DNA from: Oscillospiraceae bacterium | GTDB lineage: Bacteria > Bacillota > Clostridia > Oscillospirales > CAG-272 | Length of the DNA: 64,000 bases | Direction of reading: 5' to 3' | NCBI GenBank assembly: GCA_015064395.1 | Contig: SVSH01000011.1 | Span: forward strand, 210 to 64,209 | Part shown: positions 9,660-18,932 of the stretch, piece by piece | Numbering within the stretch: position 1 is the stretch's first letter | How the letters are laid out: every line of letters starts with the position of its first letter | Made by a program: the position numbers and the translations under genes | The notes under the pieces: model-generated | The model's input: the letters and a program-made list of their open reading frames with translations, nothing else | Told to the model about the DNA's origin: nothing | The model's database searches: none

Positions 9660-10421
9660 ATGAAAATCGCCGTAATCACCGGTGCGTCCTCGGGTATGGG
9701 ACGCGAATTTGTCACCCAACTGGATCGTGACGAGCAGTTCGACGAGCTGTGGCTCATCGCCCGCCGCCGTGAGCGCCTGGAGGAGCTGCAAGACTGTGTC
9801 AGAGCTAAGGTGCGCGCCATCCCGCTGGATCTGGGCCGACGCGAGAGCATTGACGAATACAAGGCTCTTCTCGAGGAGCACAAGCCCGAGGTGGCAGTTC
9901 TTGTGAATGCCGCCGGCTTTGGTCATTTCAACGCCTTTGCCGACGTGTCTCTGGACGCACAATGCGATATGATCGATCTCAACGCTCGCGCGCTGATGGC
10001 CATGACTCACGTCACGCTGCCCTACTTGAAGGAAGGTAGCCGCGTCTATCAGCTCGGCTCGCTCTCCTCCTTCCAGCCCGTTCCCTGCATCAACGTCTAC
10101 GCCGCGACCAAGGCGTTCGTGCTGTCCTTCTCGCGTGCGCTCAACGTCGAGTGGAGGTCGCGCGGCATTCGCGTGATGGCCGTCTGCCCCTACTGGGTCA
10201 AGACCGAGTTTTTCGATCGTGCCAAGACGGACGATACGATCTCCTATTACAACTATATGTACGAGGCCTCGAGCGTCGTCGGCCAGGCCATCCGCGACAT
10301 GAAGCGAGGCAAGGACGTGTCCATCCACGGTAAGTACCCTCGCTTGCAGGTGGCGTTGGTCAAATTCTTACCTCACAAGCTGATTATGAAGATCTGGTGT
10401 AATCAGCAGAAGATAAAGTAA
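9660..10421 (+). CDS. Short-chain dehydrogenase/reductase
   Basis: TGASSGMG, LVNAAG, YAATK; GAAAGGA RBS. Confidence 0.92.
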   Translation: MKIAVITGASSGMGREFVTQLDRDEQFDELWLIARRRERLEELQDCVRAKVRAIPLDLGRRESIDEYKALLEEHKPEVAVLVNAAGFGHFNAFADVSLDAQCDMIDLNARALMAMTHVTLPYLKEGSRVYQLGSLSSFQPVPCINVYAATKAFVLSFSRALNVEWRSRGIRVMAVCPYWVKTEFFDRAKTDDTISYYNYMYEASSVVGQAIRDMKRGKDVSIHGKYPRLQVALVKFLPHKLIMKIWCNQQKIK

Positions 10422-10440
10422 TCGTACCACTGAATCCTTC

Positions 10441-10850
10441 ACAACTTCGCTGACGGACGCGCGTACAGCCCACCTCGACTTTGTCGAGCTGCGCGCCGCG
10501 CTGTGCCGGATTTGAATGTTCATTCTTTCTCATCCGAGAAAGAACGAACCAAGAAAGCGGACTAAGGGGTTTAATACCCCTTAGAACCCCGCAAAACCTC
10601 TTGCTTTCCATATCTGCCGCTCGTGGTAGCTATATGGCGAGAAATGCGCAAGAAGCATATATGTCTTTCTCCTCTGTCCTCTTTGTAGAGCGGCAACACC
10701 AGGGGGTCCCCAGGGGGAACGCCTGGGCATCTTTCTTGGTCACTTCTTGGGATGTGCCAAGAAGTGACATCAGCAAACCGGTACAGCTCAGCGCGCACCA
10801 AAGGTGCGCAGTATGAGCGTCCGTAGAAGAAGTTGTATCAACTTTAGCAA
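10441..10850. repeat. Family-1 structured intergenic element, copy A (core reversed, central module absent)
   Basis: Imperfect terminal inverted repeats ACAACTTC..ACGGACGC / GCGTCCGT..GAAGTTGT; end hairpins at 10518-10556 and 10732-10768; core homologous to the other copies. Confidence 0.85.
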
Positions 10851-10879
10851 AATCAAATTCTCTCCCCCGAGGTGCACCT

Positions 10880-11881
10880 ATGACCACACCCGACTCGTTA
10901 CAATCTTATATTTTTCCCAAGAAAATCCTAAAATTCCGCCCCGACGGCAGCTTCAAGATCTGCTGCTTCTCCGACCTGCATCAGACCATCGACTATGACG
11001 AGCGGACGCTTGCCGCCATGCACGCCATCATCGAAAAAGAGGACCCCGATCTGGTTCTCCTTGGCGGCGACTTGTGGAACGAAAAGCCGGACGCGACCGT
11101 AGAACAGCTCCGCGAATTTCTGGACGTTTTCACTTCTCCCATGGAGCAAAGGAGCATCCCCTGGGCCCACGTATACGGCAACCACGACCACGACATTCTC
11201 ATGGATCGCCGACTCATGCAGTCCATCTTTGAGAGCTACCCCAACTGCGTGTCGGGCCACACCGAGCAAGGGGTGGACGGCGTCTCCAACTTCCTGCTCC
11301 CCATCCGCTCGTCGGACGAGAGCCGCGTTGCTTTTGCCGTTTGGGGACTCGATACCCACAATCTGTCTGATCGCTTACACTTGCGAAACGGCGTTAATCT
11401 GCGCATGGCACATCAAGCGCCCGACCTTCCCTATGGCACCTGCCACTGGGATTTCGTGCACTTCAATCAGCTCCGCTGGTACTACGACACCTCCGAGGCG
11501 CTCGAAGCCTACAACGGCGCTCCCGTCGACACTCTGATGCTCATGCACGCCCCCATTTTGGAGTTTGGCATCTGCATGAAAAATCCCGAGCGCACAGGAC
11601 TTACCGGCGACGCACTCGAAACGCTGTTTTCGGGCTCGCTCAATTCGGGGCTTCTTGCCACCGTTCTGCAACGGGGCGACGTGCGCGCCATCGTCAGCGG
11701 ACATATGCACGACGACAATTTCTCGGCCGAATACTGCGGCGTCAAGCTGTGCTTTGACGGTTCGATCGGCTTCCGCGGCACCGAAGCGGACATCCGCCGC
11801 TGTGCCCGCATCTTTACGTTGAACGAGACGGCGACCGACCGCATCGACACCCATCTCGTCTACGCCAGAGACGTACTGTAA
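10880..11881 (+). CDS. Calcineurin-like metallophosphoesterase
   Basis: SDLH, GGD, GNHD and GHMH motifs. Confidence 0.88.
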   Translation: MTTPDSLQSYIFPKKILKFRPDGSFKICCFSDLHQTIDYDERTLAAMHAIIEKEDPDLVLLGGDLWNEKPDATVEQLREFLDVFTSPMEQRSIPWAHVYGNHDHDILMDRRLMQSIFESYPNCVSGHTEQGVDGVSNFLLPIRSSDESRVAFAVWGLDTHNLSDRLHLRNGVNLRMAHQAPDLPYGTCHWDFVHFNQLRWYYDTSEALEAYNGAPVDTLMLMHAPILEFGICMKNPERTGLTGDALETLFSGSLNSGLLATVLQRGDVRAIVSGHMHDDNFSAEYCGVKLCFDGSIGFRGTEADIRRCARIFTLNETATDRIDTHLVYARDVL

Positions 11882-11913
11882 CGAAAATCAATGAAATGTA
11901 GATAGAGGATATT

Positions 11914-13971
11914 ATGGCAAAAACAAAAACGGACAAAGACATCGAGCAGCTCGGGATCGTGACCCCGCCCGCCGCCACAGCGGACAGCGCCAAATACGAC
12001 AACAGCAGTATCAAATCCCTTAAGGGTGCGGATCGTGTGCGCAAGCGCCCCGCCGTTATTTTCGGCTCGGACGGGCTTGAGGGCTGTGAGCACGCCTTCT
12101 TTGAGATCCTGTCCAATTCGGTCGACGAGGCGCGCGAGGGCAACGGCGACGTCATCACGGTCACGGCATGGAAAGACCATTCCATCACGGTGGACGACCA
12201 CGGACGCGGCGTGCCGCTGGGCTACAACAAGGCCGAGGGACGCTGGAACTGGGACCTGATCTACACCGAGCTGTACGCAGGCGGTAAGTACGACAACAAC
12301 AACGAGGGCGGCGCGTATGAGTATTCGCTGGGGCTTAACGGTCTGGGCGCTTGCGCGACGCAATATTCCTCCGAGTTCATGCACGTCTATTCCTACGACG
12401 GCACCAATGAATATTCCATCCACTTTGAAAAGGGCGAGGTCAAGGGATCTTTGACCACCCGCAAGCTCAAGGCGGCGGAAAAGCGCACGGGTACGGTCCA
12501 GCACTGGTTGCCCGACCTTGAGGTGTTCACCGACATCGCCATTCCCCATGAATTTTTCATCGAGACCATGCGCCGTCAGTCCATCGTCAACCCCGGCGTT
12601 CGCTTCGACCTGCGTATTGAAAAGGAGGATGGCACGTTTGACGAGTCCTCTTATCTGTACCAAAACGGCATCTCGGATTACATTACCGAGCAGGTAGGCT
12701 CGGCTTGCTTGACCGCTCCCGTTCAGTGGCATCTGGAGACACAGGGCCGCGACCGCGAGGACAAGCCCATGTACCGCCTGAAGGCCGACTTTACCTTCTG
12801 CGTATCCAACACGGTCAAAATGCTGGAATACTACCACAACTCCAGCTTTCTGGAGCACGGCGGCTCGCCCGACCGCGCCGTCAAGGTTGCCTTTGTCTAC
12901 GCACTGGACCGCTATCTCAAAACGGCGGGCAAGTACAATAAAAACGAGTCCAAGATCTCCTTCCAGGACGTCTCCGACTGCCTGGCGCTGGTCATCAACT
13001 CCTTCTCCACGCTGACCTCGTACGAGAACCAGACCAAAAAGGCTATCAACAACTCGTTCATCTACGAGGCCATGACCGACTTCCTCAAAAAGCAGCTGGA
13101 GATCTATTTTATCGAAAACCCGACGGCGGCCGAGGTGTTCGCCGCGCAGGTTTTGGTCAACAAGCGCAGCCGTGAGGAGGCTGAGAGCGCCCGCATCAAC
13201 ATCAAAAAGAAGCTCAGCGGCACCATCGACGTGACCAATCGCGTCGAAAAGTTCGTCAACTGCCGCTCCAAGGACCCGAACGTCCGCGAGCTTTACATCG
13301 TTGAGGGTGACTCGGCACTGACCTCGGTCAAGCTGGGCCGTGACGCCGAGTTCCAGGCCGTCATTCCCGTGCGCGGTAAGACGCTCAACTGTATGAAGGC
13401 AGATTACGATCAGATCTTCAAGAGCGAGATCATCACCGACCTGCTCCGCGTGATCGGTTGCGGTGTTGAGCTGTCGGGCACGAAAAAGGTGAAAACGGAC
13501 ATGGTCGCCTTTGACCTGTCGGCACTGCGTTGGTCCAAGATCATCATCTGTACCGATGCCGACGAGGACGGCTTCCAGATCCGAACCCTGCTGCTCACCC
13601 TGTTCTATCGCCTGCTGCCCACGCTCATCAAGGAGGAAAAGGTCTATATTGCCGAGACCCCTCTGTTTGAGATCACTTGCAAGGACAAGACGTATTTTGC
13701 ATACGACGAGTTTGAGCGAGCGCAGATCGTCAAGAAGCTGGAGGGCAAGAAGTACACGCTGCAGCGCTCCAAGGGCTTGGGCGAGAACACCCCGACGATG
13801 ATGTCGGTGACGACCATGCATCCGGCGACGAGACGGCTTGTGTTGGTATCTCCTGCTGACGCGCAAAAGACGGAGGAGATCTTTGACACGCTGCTTGGCA
13901 ACAATCTGCCGGCAAGAAAAGAGTTTATTGCAAAATACGGCAATCTTTACATCAAGGATGCCGATATTTAA
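11914..13971 (+). CDS. Type IIA DNA topoisomerase B subunit (GyrB/ParE family, divergent)
   Basis: VRKRP, EILSNSVDE, DDHGRGVP, GLNGLG, VEGDSA, PVRGK, TDADEDG, RSKGLGE. Confidence 0.92.
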   Translation: MAKTKTDKDIEQLGIVTPPAATADSAKYDNSSIKSLKGADRVRKRPAVIFGSDGLEGCEHAFFEILSNSVDEAREGNGDVITVTAWKDHSITVDDHGRGVPLGYNKAEGRWNWDLIYTELYAGGKYDNNNEGGAYEYSLGLNGLGACATQYSSEFMHVYSYDGTNEYSIHFEKGEVKGSLTTRKLKAAEKRTGTVQHWLPDLEVFTDIAIPHEFFIETMRRQSIVNPGVRFDLRIEKEDGTFDESSYLYQNGISDYITEQVGSACLTAPVQWHLETQGRDREDKPMYRLKADFTFCVSNTVKMLEYYHNSSFLEHGGSPDRAVKVAFVYALDRYLKTAGKYNKNESKISFQDVSDCLALVINSFSTLTSYENQTKKAINNSFIYEAMTDFLKKQLEIYFIENPTAAEVFAAQVLVNKRSREEAESARINIKKKLSGTIDVTNRVEKFVNCRSKDPNVRELYIVEGDSALTSVKLGRDAEFQAVIPVRGKTLNCMKADYDQIFKSEIITDLLRVIGCGVELSGTKKVKTDMVAFDLSALRWSKIIICTDADEDGFQIRTLLLTLFYRLLPTLIKEEKVYIAETPLFEITCKDKTYFAYDEFERAQIVKKLEGKKYTLQRSKGLGENTPTMMSVTTMHPATRRLVLVSPADAQKTEEIFDTLLGNNLPARKEFIAKYGNLYIKDADI

Positions 13972-13980
13972 CCAAAATCA

Positions 13981-14020
13981 CCCCGCCGTGGTAATATAAG
14001 GTCACGGCGGGGTATATTTT
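13981..14020 (+). terminator. Terminator-like hairpin
   Basis: CCCCGCCGTG...CACGGCGGGG followed by TATATTTT. Confidence 0.65.
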
Positions 14021-14149
14021 CACCACACTTGACATTTTTTGATCAAATTGGACAATATTTTCAAAACTTCTTGACATCTTTTCGTCATTGTGATACTATT
14101 GTAATTGGAAGTTGTTTCCGTCAATGAATGAAATCGGAGGATTTTCTTT

Positions 14150-15325
14150 ATGTCAGACGAAAAAATCACCCCTGAACAGGTCGAAATGCTGGAAAGCGCT
14201 TTTTTGAACGCGCGCCTCGGCTTGATCCTGGAGCGCCTTGCGCAAAGCGATTGCACGCTGGGCAATTTTGAAGCCACCCTTGCAGCGCTTATGAAAGAAT
14301 ACTCCATTGGATCCGAAGAGCTGGAAACGGTCAAAAACAGCGCAAATTTTGACGCTCCCCTGCCGGACGAGGCCTTTTTGCCCGCATGCATCGCCGCGCT
14401 GATGCTCGAGTCGTCGCGCTTGATGGAATTCATCCCCCAGGGTGTCGAGCAAATCAACCGCCTTGCTCTTCACCAGTCGGCAGAGCAGCATCGAAACGCC
14501 ATGTTTGATCCTGCCATTCTCGCAGATACCGCCACCAGAACCGGCGCTTCCATGAGCACGCTGCGCGAGCTTGCCAATCAGCAGGCCAAGGATCCCAATT
14601 CCACGCTGTGGGAGGGCTTCAAGGAGAGAATGAAAAATTTTGATCCCCAATGGAACTTCTTGCGTGGCGACCGGACTCGCGGTGTGTTCCAATACTGTGA
14701 TGCCACGGACTATGAATACGCCCTTTCCATGTTTATGGGAGAGGATATGGACGAAGAGGCTCCCGTCTTTGACCGCATGGCATCCTGCTTTGTTAATATG
14801 GAAAAGGATGAGCTGACTGACGGCTACGTGGAGCAGATGTGCCGCATCATGCCTAAGTTCTACATGTACAGTGATGAATTGGTCGGTCTTCACCGCGACA
14901 CCGACAAGGCCGTAGACATATACGAAGATGCGCTGAAGGCCCGCCCCTCTACCACCCCTGCCAATCCCCGCTTCACCGCCGACGTCTTCCCCGGCGTCAT
15001 CAAAACGGCCGAGATGCTCGAGCAAGAGCGTCAGGCAGCGGCCGAGGCCGCTCAAAAAGCAGCGGAAGAAGCCGAGGCTGCACGTGCTGAATTTGCAGAG
15101 AAGATCAAAAAGTTTGATGGTATTCGCCTCATTGCACTGATTGCCAGCGCTGTTTTGCTCGTGCTGATGCTGACCGTTTGGCGCGCTTTGTACGTTCTTC
15201 CCTTCATGATTACGATGGTGGTCATCAACGCCGTCAACACCTATTTCTACGTCCGTTCCAGAGGACCCAAGCACCCCTTGTCCATCATTTCCATCATCCT
15301 GACGATCCTCTATTTCGTGATCTGA
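14150..15325 (+). CDS. Hypothetical protein with a coiled coil and C-terminal transmembrane segments
   Basis: GGAGG RBS; TTGACA-17-TACTAT promoter at 14071-14099; AAAEAAQKAAEE helix; hydrophobic C-terminus. Confidence 0.75.
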   Translation: MSDEKITPEQVEMLESAFLNARLGLILERLAQSDCTLGNFEATLAALMKEYSIGSEELETVKNSANFDAPLPDEAFLPACIAALMLESSRLMEFIPQGVEQINRLALHQSAEQHRNAMFDPAILADTATRTGASMSTLRELANQQAKDPNSTLWEGFKERMKNFDPQWNFLRGDRTRGVFQYCDATDYEYALSMFMGEDMDEEAPVFDRMASCFVNMEKDELTDGYVEQMCRIMPKFYMYSDELVGLHRDTDKAVDIYEDALKARPSTTPANPRFTADVFPGVIKTAEMLEQERQAAAEAAQKAAEEAEAARAEFAEKIKKFDGIRLIALIASAVLLVLMLTVWRALYVLPFMITMVVINAVNTYFYVRSRGPKHPLSIISIILTILYFVI

Positions 15326-15378
15326 TGACTCTACGAGCCGTTCCATGCTCAAGAAATACATAGAAAAGGAGAGTTTTT

Positions 15379-15522
15379 ATGGCAACCGTTTATTGCACAA
15401 GATGTGTCTATCTGTTCCAGAGAGGTGGGGTTTGGTACTGCGGATGCACCACCTGTGACCTCTACGACAAGGCTGTTACCCCTGATTGGGGCAAGTGCTG
15501 CGACTACTACAAAGAGAGATAA
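15379..15522 (+). CDS. Small Cys-rich protein (47 aa), absent from the ORF track
   Basis: AAAGGAGA RBS; MATVYCTRCVYLFQRGGVWYCGCTTCDLYDKAVTPDWGKCCDYYKER; terminator directly after. Confidence 0.65.
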   Translation: MATVYCTRCVYLFQRGGVWYCGCTTCDLYDKAVTPDWGKCCDYYKER

Positions 15523-15529
15523 CAAGGCT

Positions 15530-15569
15530 CCCCGCCGCGGCGATAAGATCGTCACGGCGGGGATTTTTT
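15530..15569 (+). terminator. Intrinsic terminator
   Basis: CCCCGCCG..GCGAT/ATCGTCACGGCGGGG followed by ATTTTTT. Confidence 0.7.
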
Positions 15570-15570
15570 G

Positions 15571-16078
15571 GCTAAATTTCAAACAACTGCTCCTCTTGAC
15601 GCGCACACAGCTTCGCGCGTGCGCTGTACCGGCTTTGATGTCCTTTCTTTGTCACTGAACAAAGAAAGGACGAAAGAAAATCAGCCCAGGCGTTCCCCCT
15701 GGGGACCCCCTCCTTTGCCGCTCTGCAAGGGAAAAGACGAGAGGTCACATGAACACTTTTGGTGCTGTGCCTCGCCTTTAGCCAACACGAGCGGCAGGCG
15801 GAGAAAGCAAGGGCTCTTGCCCTAAAGTGAGCGCGGTCTTTCTTTAAGCCGCGCTCGCAAGCGCTGAAGATGTAGGCTTTTGCGTCGTGTTGCGCGGAGC
15901 GAGAGCGCAGCGCCCACTAAGACGCACGGCAGGGTTCCAAGGGACATTAGGTCCCTTGGCGCGTTTCTTGGTTACTTCTTGGCGCGTGCCAAGAAGTAAC
16001 GCAAAAAGCCGGCACAGATCAGCGCGCGCTGAAAGCGCGCAGTATGATCGTCCCGAGAAGCAGTAGCTAAAAATTCAG
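15571..16078 (+). repeat. Family-1 element, copy B
   Basis: Starts GCTAAATTTCAAACAAC; end hairpins at 15640-15679 and 15964-16000; core CACGAGCGGCAGGCGGAGAAAGCAAG. Confidence 0.9.
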
Positions 16079-16134
16079 AAAAAACAAAAACCGAGGCGAG
16101 TTTCAAAACGAAACTCGCCTCGGCATATATTCTC

Positions 16135-17922
16135 TTACTTCGACAGTCTTGCTTCCAGTGCTGCAAGCTCATCGTACATCGCCTGGGGCACTCTCTCGCC
16201 AACCTGTGCGTAGAAGGCCTTGATGTTCTCAATGTCCTCCAGCCAGGATGCCGTGTCAACCGTCAACAGCTCGCGGATGGTGTCAAGGGTCACATCCTTA
16301 AGACCCTCGATGTTGATATCCTCTGCCTTGGGTACGTAACCGATAGGCGTGATATCAGCCTCGACCTTGCCCTCGCAACGAGCCAGGATCCACATCAGGA
16401 CGCGCATATTGTCGCCAAAGCCGGGCCAGATGAAGTTGCCCTCGTCGTCGGTGCGGAACCAGTTGACGTGGAAGATCTTGGGAGGATTGGGAATGCGGTT
16501 GCCCATAGACAGCCAGTGTGCCCAGTAGTCGCCCATGTCGTAGCCGACGAAGGGACGCATTGCCATGGGGTCGCGGCGAACGACACCGACAGCACCTGCT
16601 GCCGCAGCGGTCGTCTCGGACGCCATGATAGAACCAACGAAGGCACCGTTCTGCCAAGAGGTGGACTGATATACCAGGGGAGCAGTCTTCGCACGGCGGC
16701 CGCCGAAGACGATCGCAGAGACAGGAACGCCGGCGGGGTTAGCAAACTCGCTCGAGATGCAGGGGCAGTTGGTTGCCATAGCCGTGAAACGGGAGTTGGG
16801 GTGAGCACCGCAGGTAGACTTATCCTTCTTGTCGTACTTGGTGCAGTCCCAAGGATTGCCCTTCCAGTCGATAGCCGAGCCGGGCTTGGGAGGATTCTTA
16901 TCCAGGCCCTCCCACCAAACGGTGTTCTCGGCCGTGTTGTGAACGACGTTGGTGAAGATGGTGTTCTTCATGCAGGTGTGCAGAGCGTTGGGGTTAGACT
17001 GCAGGTTGGTACCGGGAGCAACACCGAAGAAACCGTTCTCGGGGTTGACGGCCCAGAGTCTTCCGTCCTCACCGACGCGCAGCCATGCAATATCGTCACC
17101 GACGCACCATACCTTGTAGCCCTGCTTTGCGTAAACCTCGGGCGGAATGAGCATAGCCAGATTGGTCTTACCGCAAGCAGAGGGGAACGCAGCGGTGATG
17201 TACTTGGTCTCGCCATTCGGGAATTCCACGCCAAGGATGAGCATATGCTCTGCCATCCAGCCCTCCTTGCGACCCAGGTAGGACGCAATGCGGAGTGCGA
17301 AGCACTTCTTACCCAGCAGAACGTTTCCGCCGTAGCCGGAGTTGACCGACCAGATGGTGTTCTCCTCGGGGAAGTGAACGATGTAGCGGTTCTCCTCGTC
17401 GATATCTGCGCGTGCGTGCAGGCCCTTGATGTAGTCTGCGCTGTCGCCCAGAGCCTCAAGAACGTTCGTGCCCACGCGGGTCATGATCAGCATGTTCAGA
17501 ACGACGTAGATGGAGTCGGTCAGCTCGATGCCATACTTGGCAAAGGGAGAGCCGACGACGGACATGGAGTAAGGAATGACGTACATGGTACGGCCCTTCA
17601 TGGAGCCGCGGTACAGCTTGGACAGCTTCTCCTTGCACTCGGTGGGATCCATCCAGTTGTTGATGTTACCGGCATCCTCTTTCTTGGAGGTGCAGATGAA
17701 GGTTCTGCCTTCTACGCGGGCAACGTCGTTAACGGCGGTGCGGTGCAGGTAGCAACCGGGCAGCTTTTCCTGGTTGAGCTTGATCATCTCGCCCGTCGAG
17801 CAAGCCTCGGCGCGCAGAGCCTCTGCCTGCTCCTCCGAGCCGTCGATCCAGACGATCTTATCGGGCTGAGTCATGGCAGCCATCTCATCGATCCAGGACA
17901 GAACATACTGATTCTTAGTCAT
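16135..17922 (-). CDS. pckG: Phosphoenolpyruvate carboxykinase (GTP)
   Basis: DVARVE, GYGGNVLLGKKC, AFPSACGKTNLAM, VGDDIAW, NPENGFFGVAPGT, FHVNWFR. Confidence 0.96.
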   Translation of the reverse strand: MTKNQYVLSWIDEMAAMTQPDKIVWIDGSEEQAEALRAEACSTGEMIKLNQEKLPGCYLHRTAVNDVARVEGRTFICTSKKEDAGNINNWMDPTECKEKLSKLYRGSMKGRTMYVIPYSMSVVGSPFAKYGIELTDSIYVVLNMLIMTRVGTNVLEALGDSADYIKGLHARADIDEENRYIVHFPEENTIWSVNSGYGGNVLLGKKCFALRIASYLGRKEGWMAEHMLILGVEFPNGETKYITAAFPSACGKTNLAMLIPPEVYAKQGYKVWCVGDDIAWLRVGEDGRLWAVNPENGFFGVAPGTNLQSNPNALHTCMKNTIFTNVVHNTAENTVWWEGLDKNPPKPGSAIDWKGNPWDCTKYDKKDKSTCGAHPNSRFTAMATNCPCISSEFANPAGVPVSAIVFGGRRAKTAPLVYQSTSWQNGAFVGSIMASETTAAAAGAVGVVRRDPMAMRPFVGYDMGDYWAHWLSMGNRIPNPPKIFHVNWFRTDDEGNFIWPGFGDNMRVLMWILARCEGKVEADITPIGYVPKAEDINIEGLKDVTLDTIRELLTVDTASWLEDIENIKAFYAQVGERVPQAMYDELAALEARLSK

Positions 17923-18128
17923 AGCAGTTTCCTCTTTTCTATATGTATTTTTACTTACATCTCTACGAAAGGATGAAAAATGCTCCCATCCTTCCCCAGT
18001 GTATATAATACTACATTTCGCTCTTTTTTTCAAGCGGCTTTTGAAAAGGTTACAATTTGTTCATATTCTATGATCCTCCTAACATGACGTCACCGCTCGT
18101 CATATACTACAAGCGGGGAGGGATGCAT

Positions 18129-18734
18129 ATGTTGATCGAAATACCTTACGTAAGAGAGCGGGCGGTGGAGTACGCCCTGCGCTGGGCGCTGTCCCGCAAT
18201 CCACTGTTTCCCGATTTTGCCGGCATCGGGGGAGACTGCACCAATTTTGTATCGCAAGCGATACTGGCCGGCAGCTGTGTCATGAACGACACGTTGGATT
18301 TTGGCTGGTATTACTTTTCGCCCACCAATCGCGCCCCTGCCTGGACGGGGGTGCAATACTTCTACGATTTTATCACCCAAAAGCCCGAGTTTGCCCGCGA
18401 GAACGGGGGCGAAGGGCCGTTTGGGGTGGAGGTGCCCACTACCATGGCAATGCCGGGGGACGTGGTACAGCTGGCCAACGAGCAAGGAACGTACTACCAC
18501 ACCCTGATGATCACGGGGACGGACGGCGACGATTTTTTAGTCAGCGCCCACACGGACGATGCCCGCAATCGCCCACTGTCCACCTACCGTTACGCCACCG
18601 CGCGCTTTTTGCACATCCGCGGTGTTCGCGTACTTCTAGACAACGACGAGTGCTACCGTCAGCTACTGTCAGGCACCGCCTATCGCCCCCTGACTTGTAC
18701 GTCAGATGGGATTTTGCTTCGGTCGCAGAACTAA
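18129..18734 (+). CDS. Amidase_6-like domain protein
   Basis: RERAVEYALRWA, GGDCTNFVSQ, GDVVQ, YYHT and SAHT motifs. Confidence 0.8.
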   Translation: MLIEIPYVRERAVEYALRWALSRNPLFPDFAGIGGDCTNFVSQAILAGSCVMNDTLDFGWYYFSPTNRAPAWTGVQYFYDFITQKPEFARENGGEGPFGVEVPTTMAMPGDVVQLANEQGTYYHTLMITGTDGDDFLVSAHTDDARNRPLSTYRYATARFLHIRGVRVLLDNDECYRQLLSGTAYRPLTCTSDGILLRSQN

Positions 18735-18757
18735 CAAATCTTCGCCAACCCTTCAAT

Positions 18758-18924
18758 CAAGTTTTTAGTCAAGTTTTTTTCAAAAAACTTGCGGTGGCCG
18801 GAGGCAGCGCCTCCGGTCGCTCGCCGCAGCGAGCGAAATTCCTATGCCCACAAAGCGCCCGAAGGGGTGAATGCTGCATCGTACGCGATGCAGCAGAGGG
18901 GAAACCACAAGTGGGGTTTCCCCT
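18758..18924 (+). repeat. Family-2 structured intergenic repeat
   Basis: Collinear with 50301-50460; shares AAGCGCCCGAAGGGGTGAAT and AGAGGGGAAACCACAAGTGGGGTTTCCCCT. Confidence 0.85.
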
Positions 18925-18932
18925 TCTCCCTT

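Noticed and set aside
18060-18112. Sporulation sigma promoter (CATA..T boxes) upstream of the amidase gene; similarly GGCTATACTA upstream of glmM
   Set aside because: The motifs are too short and I could not assign a convincing -35 element.
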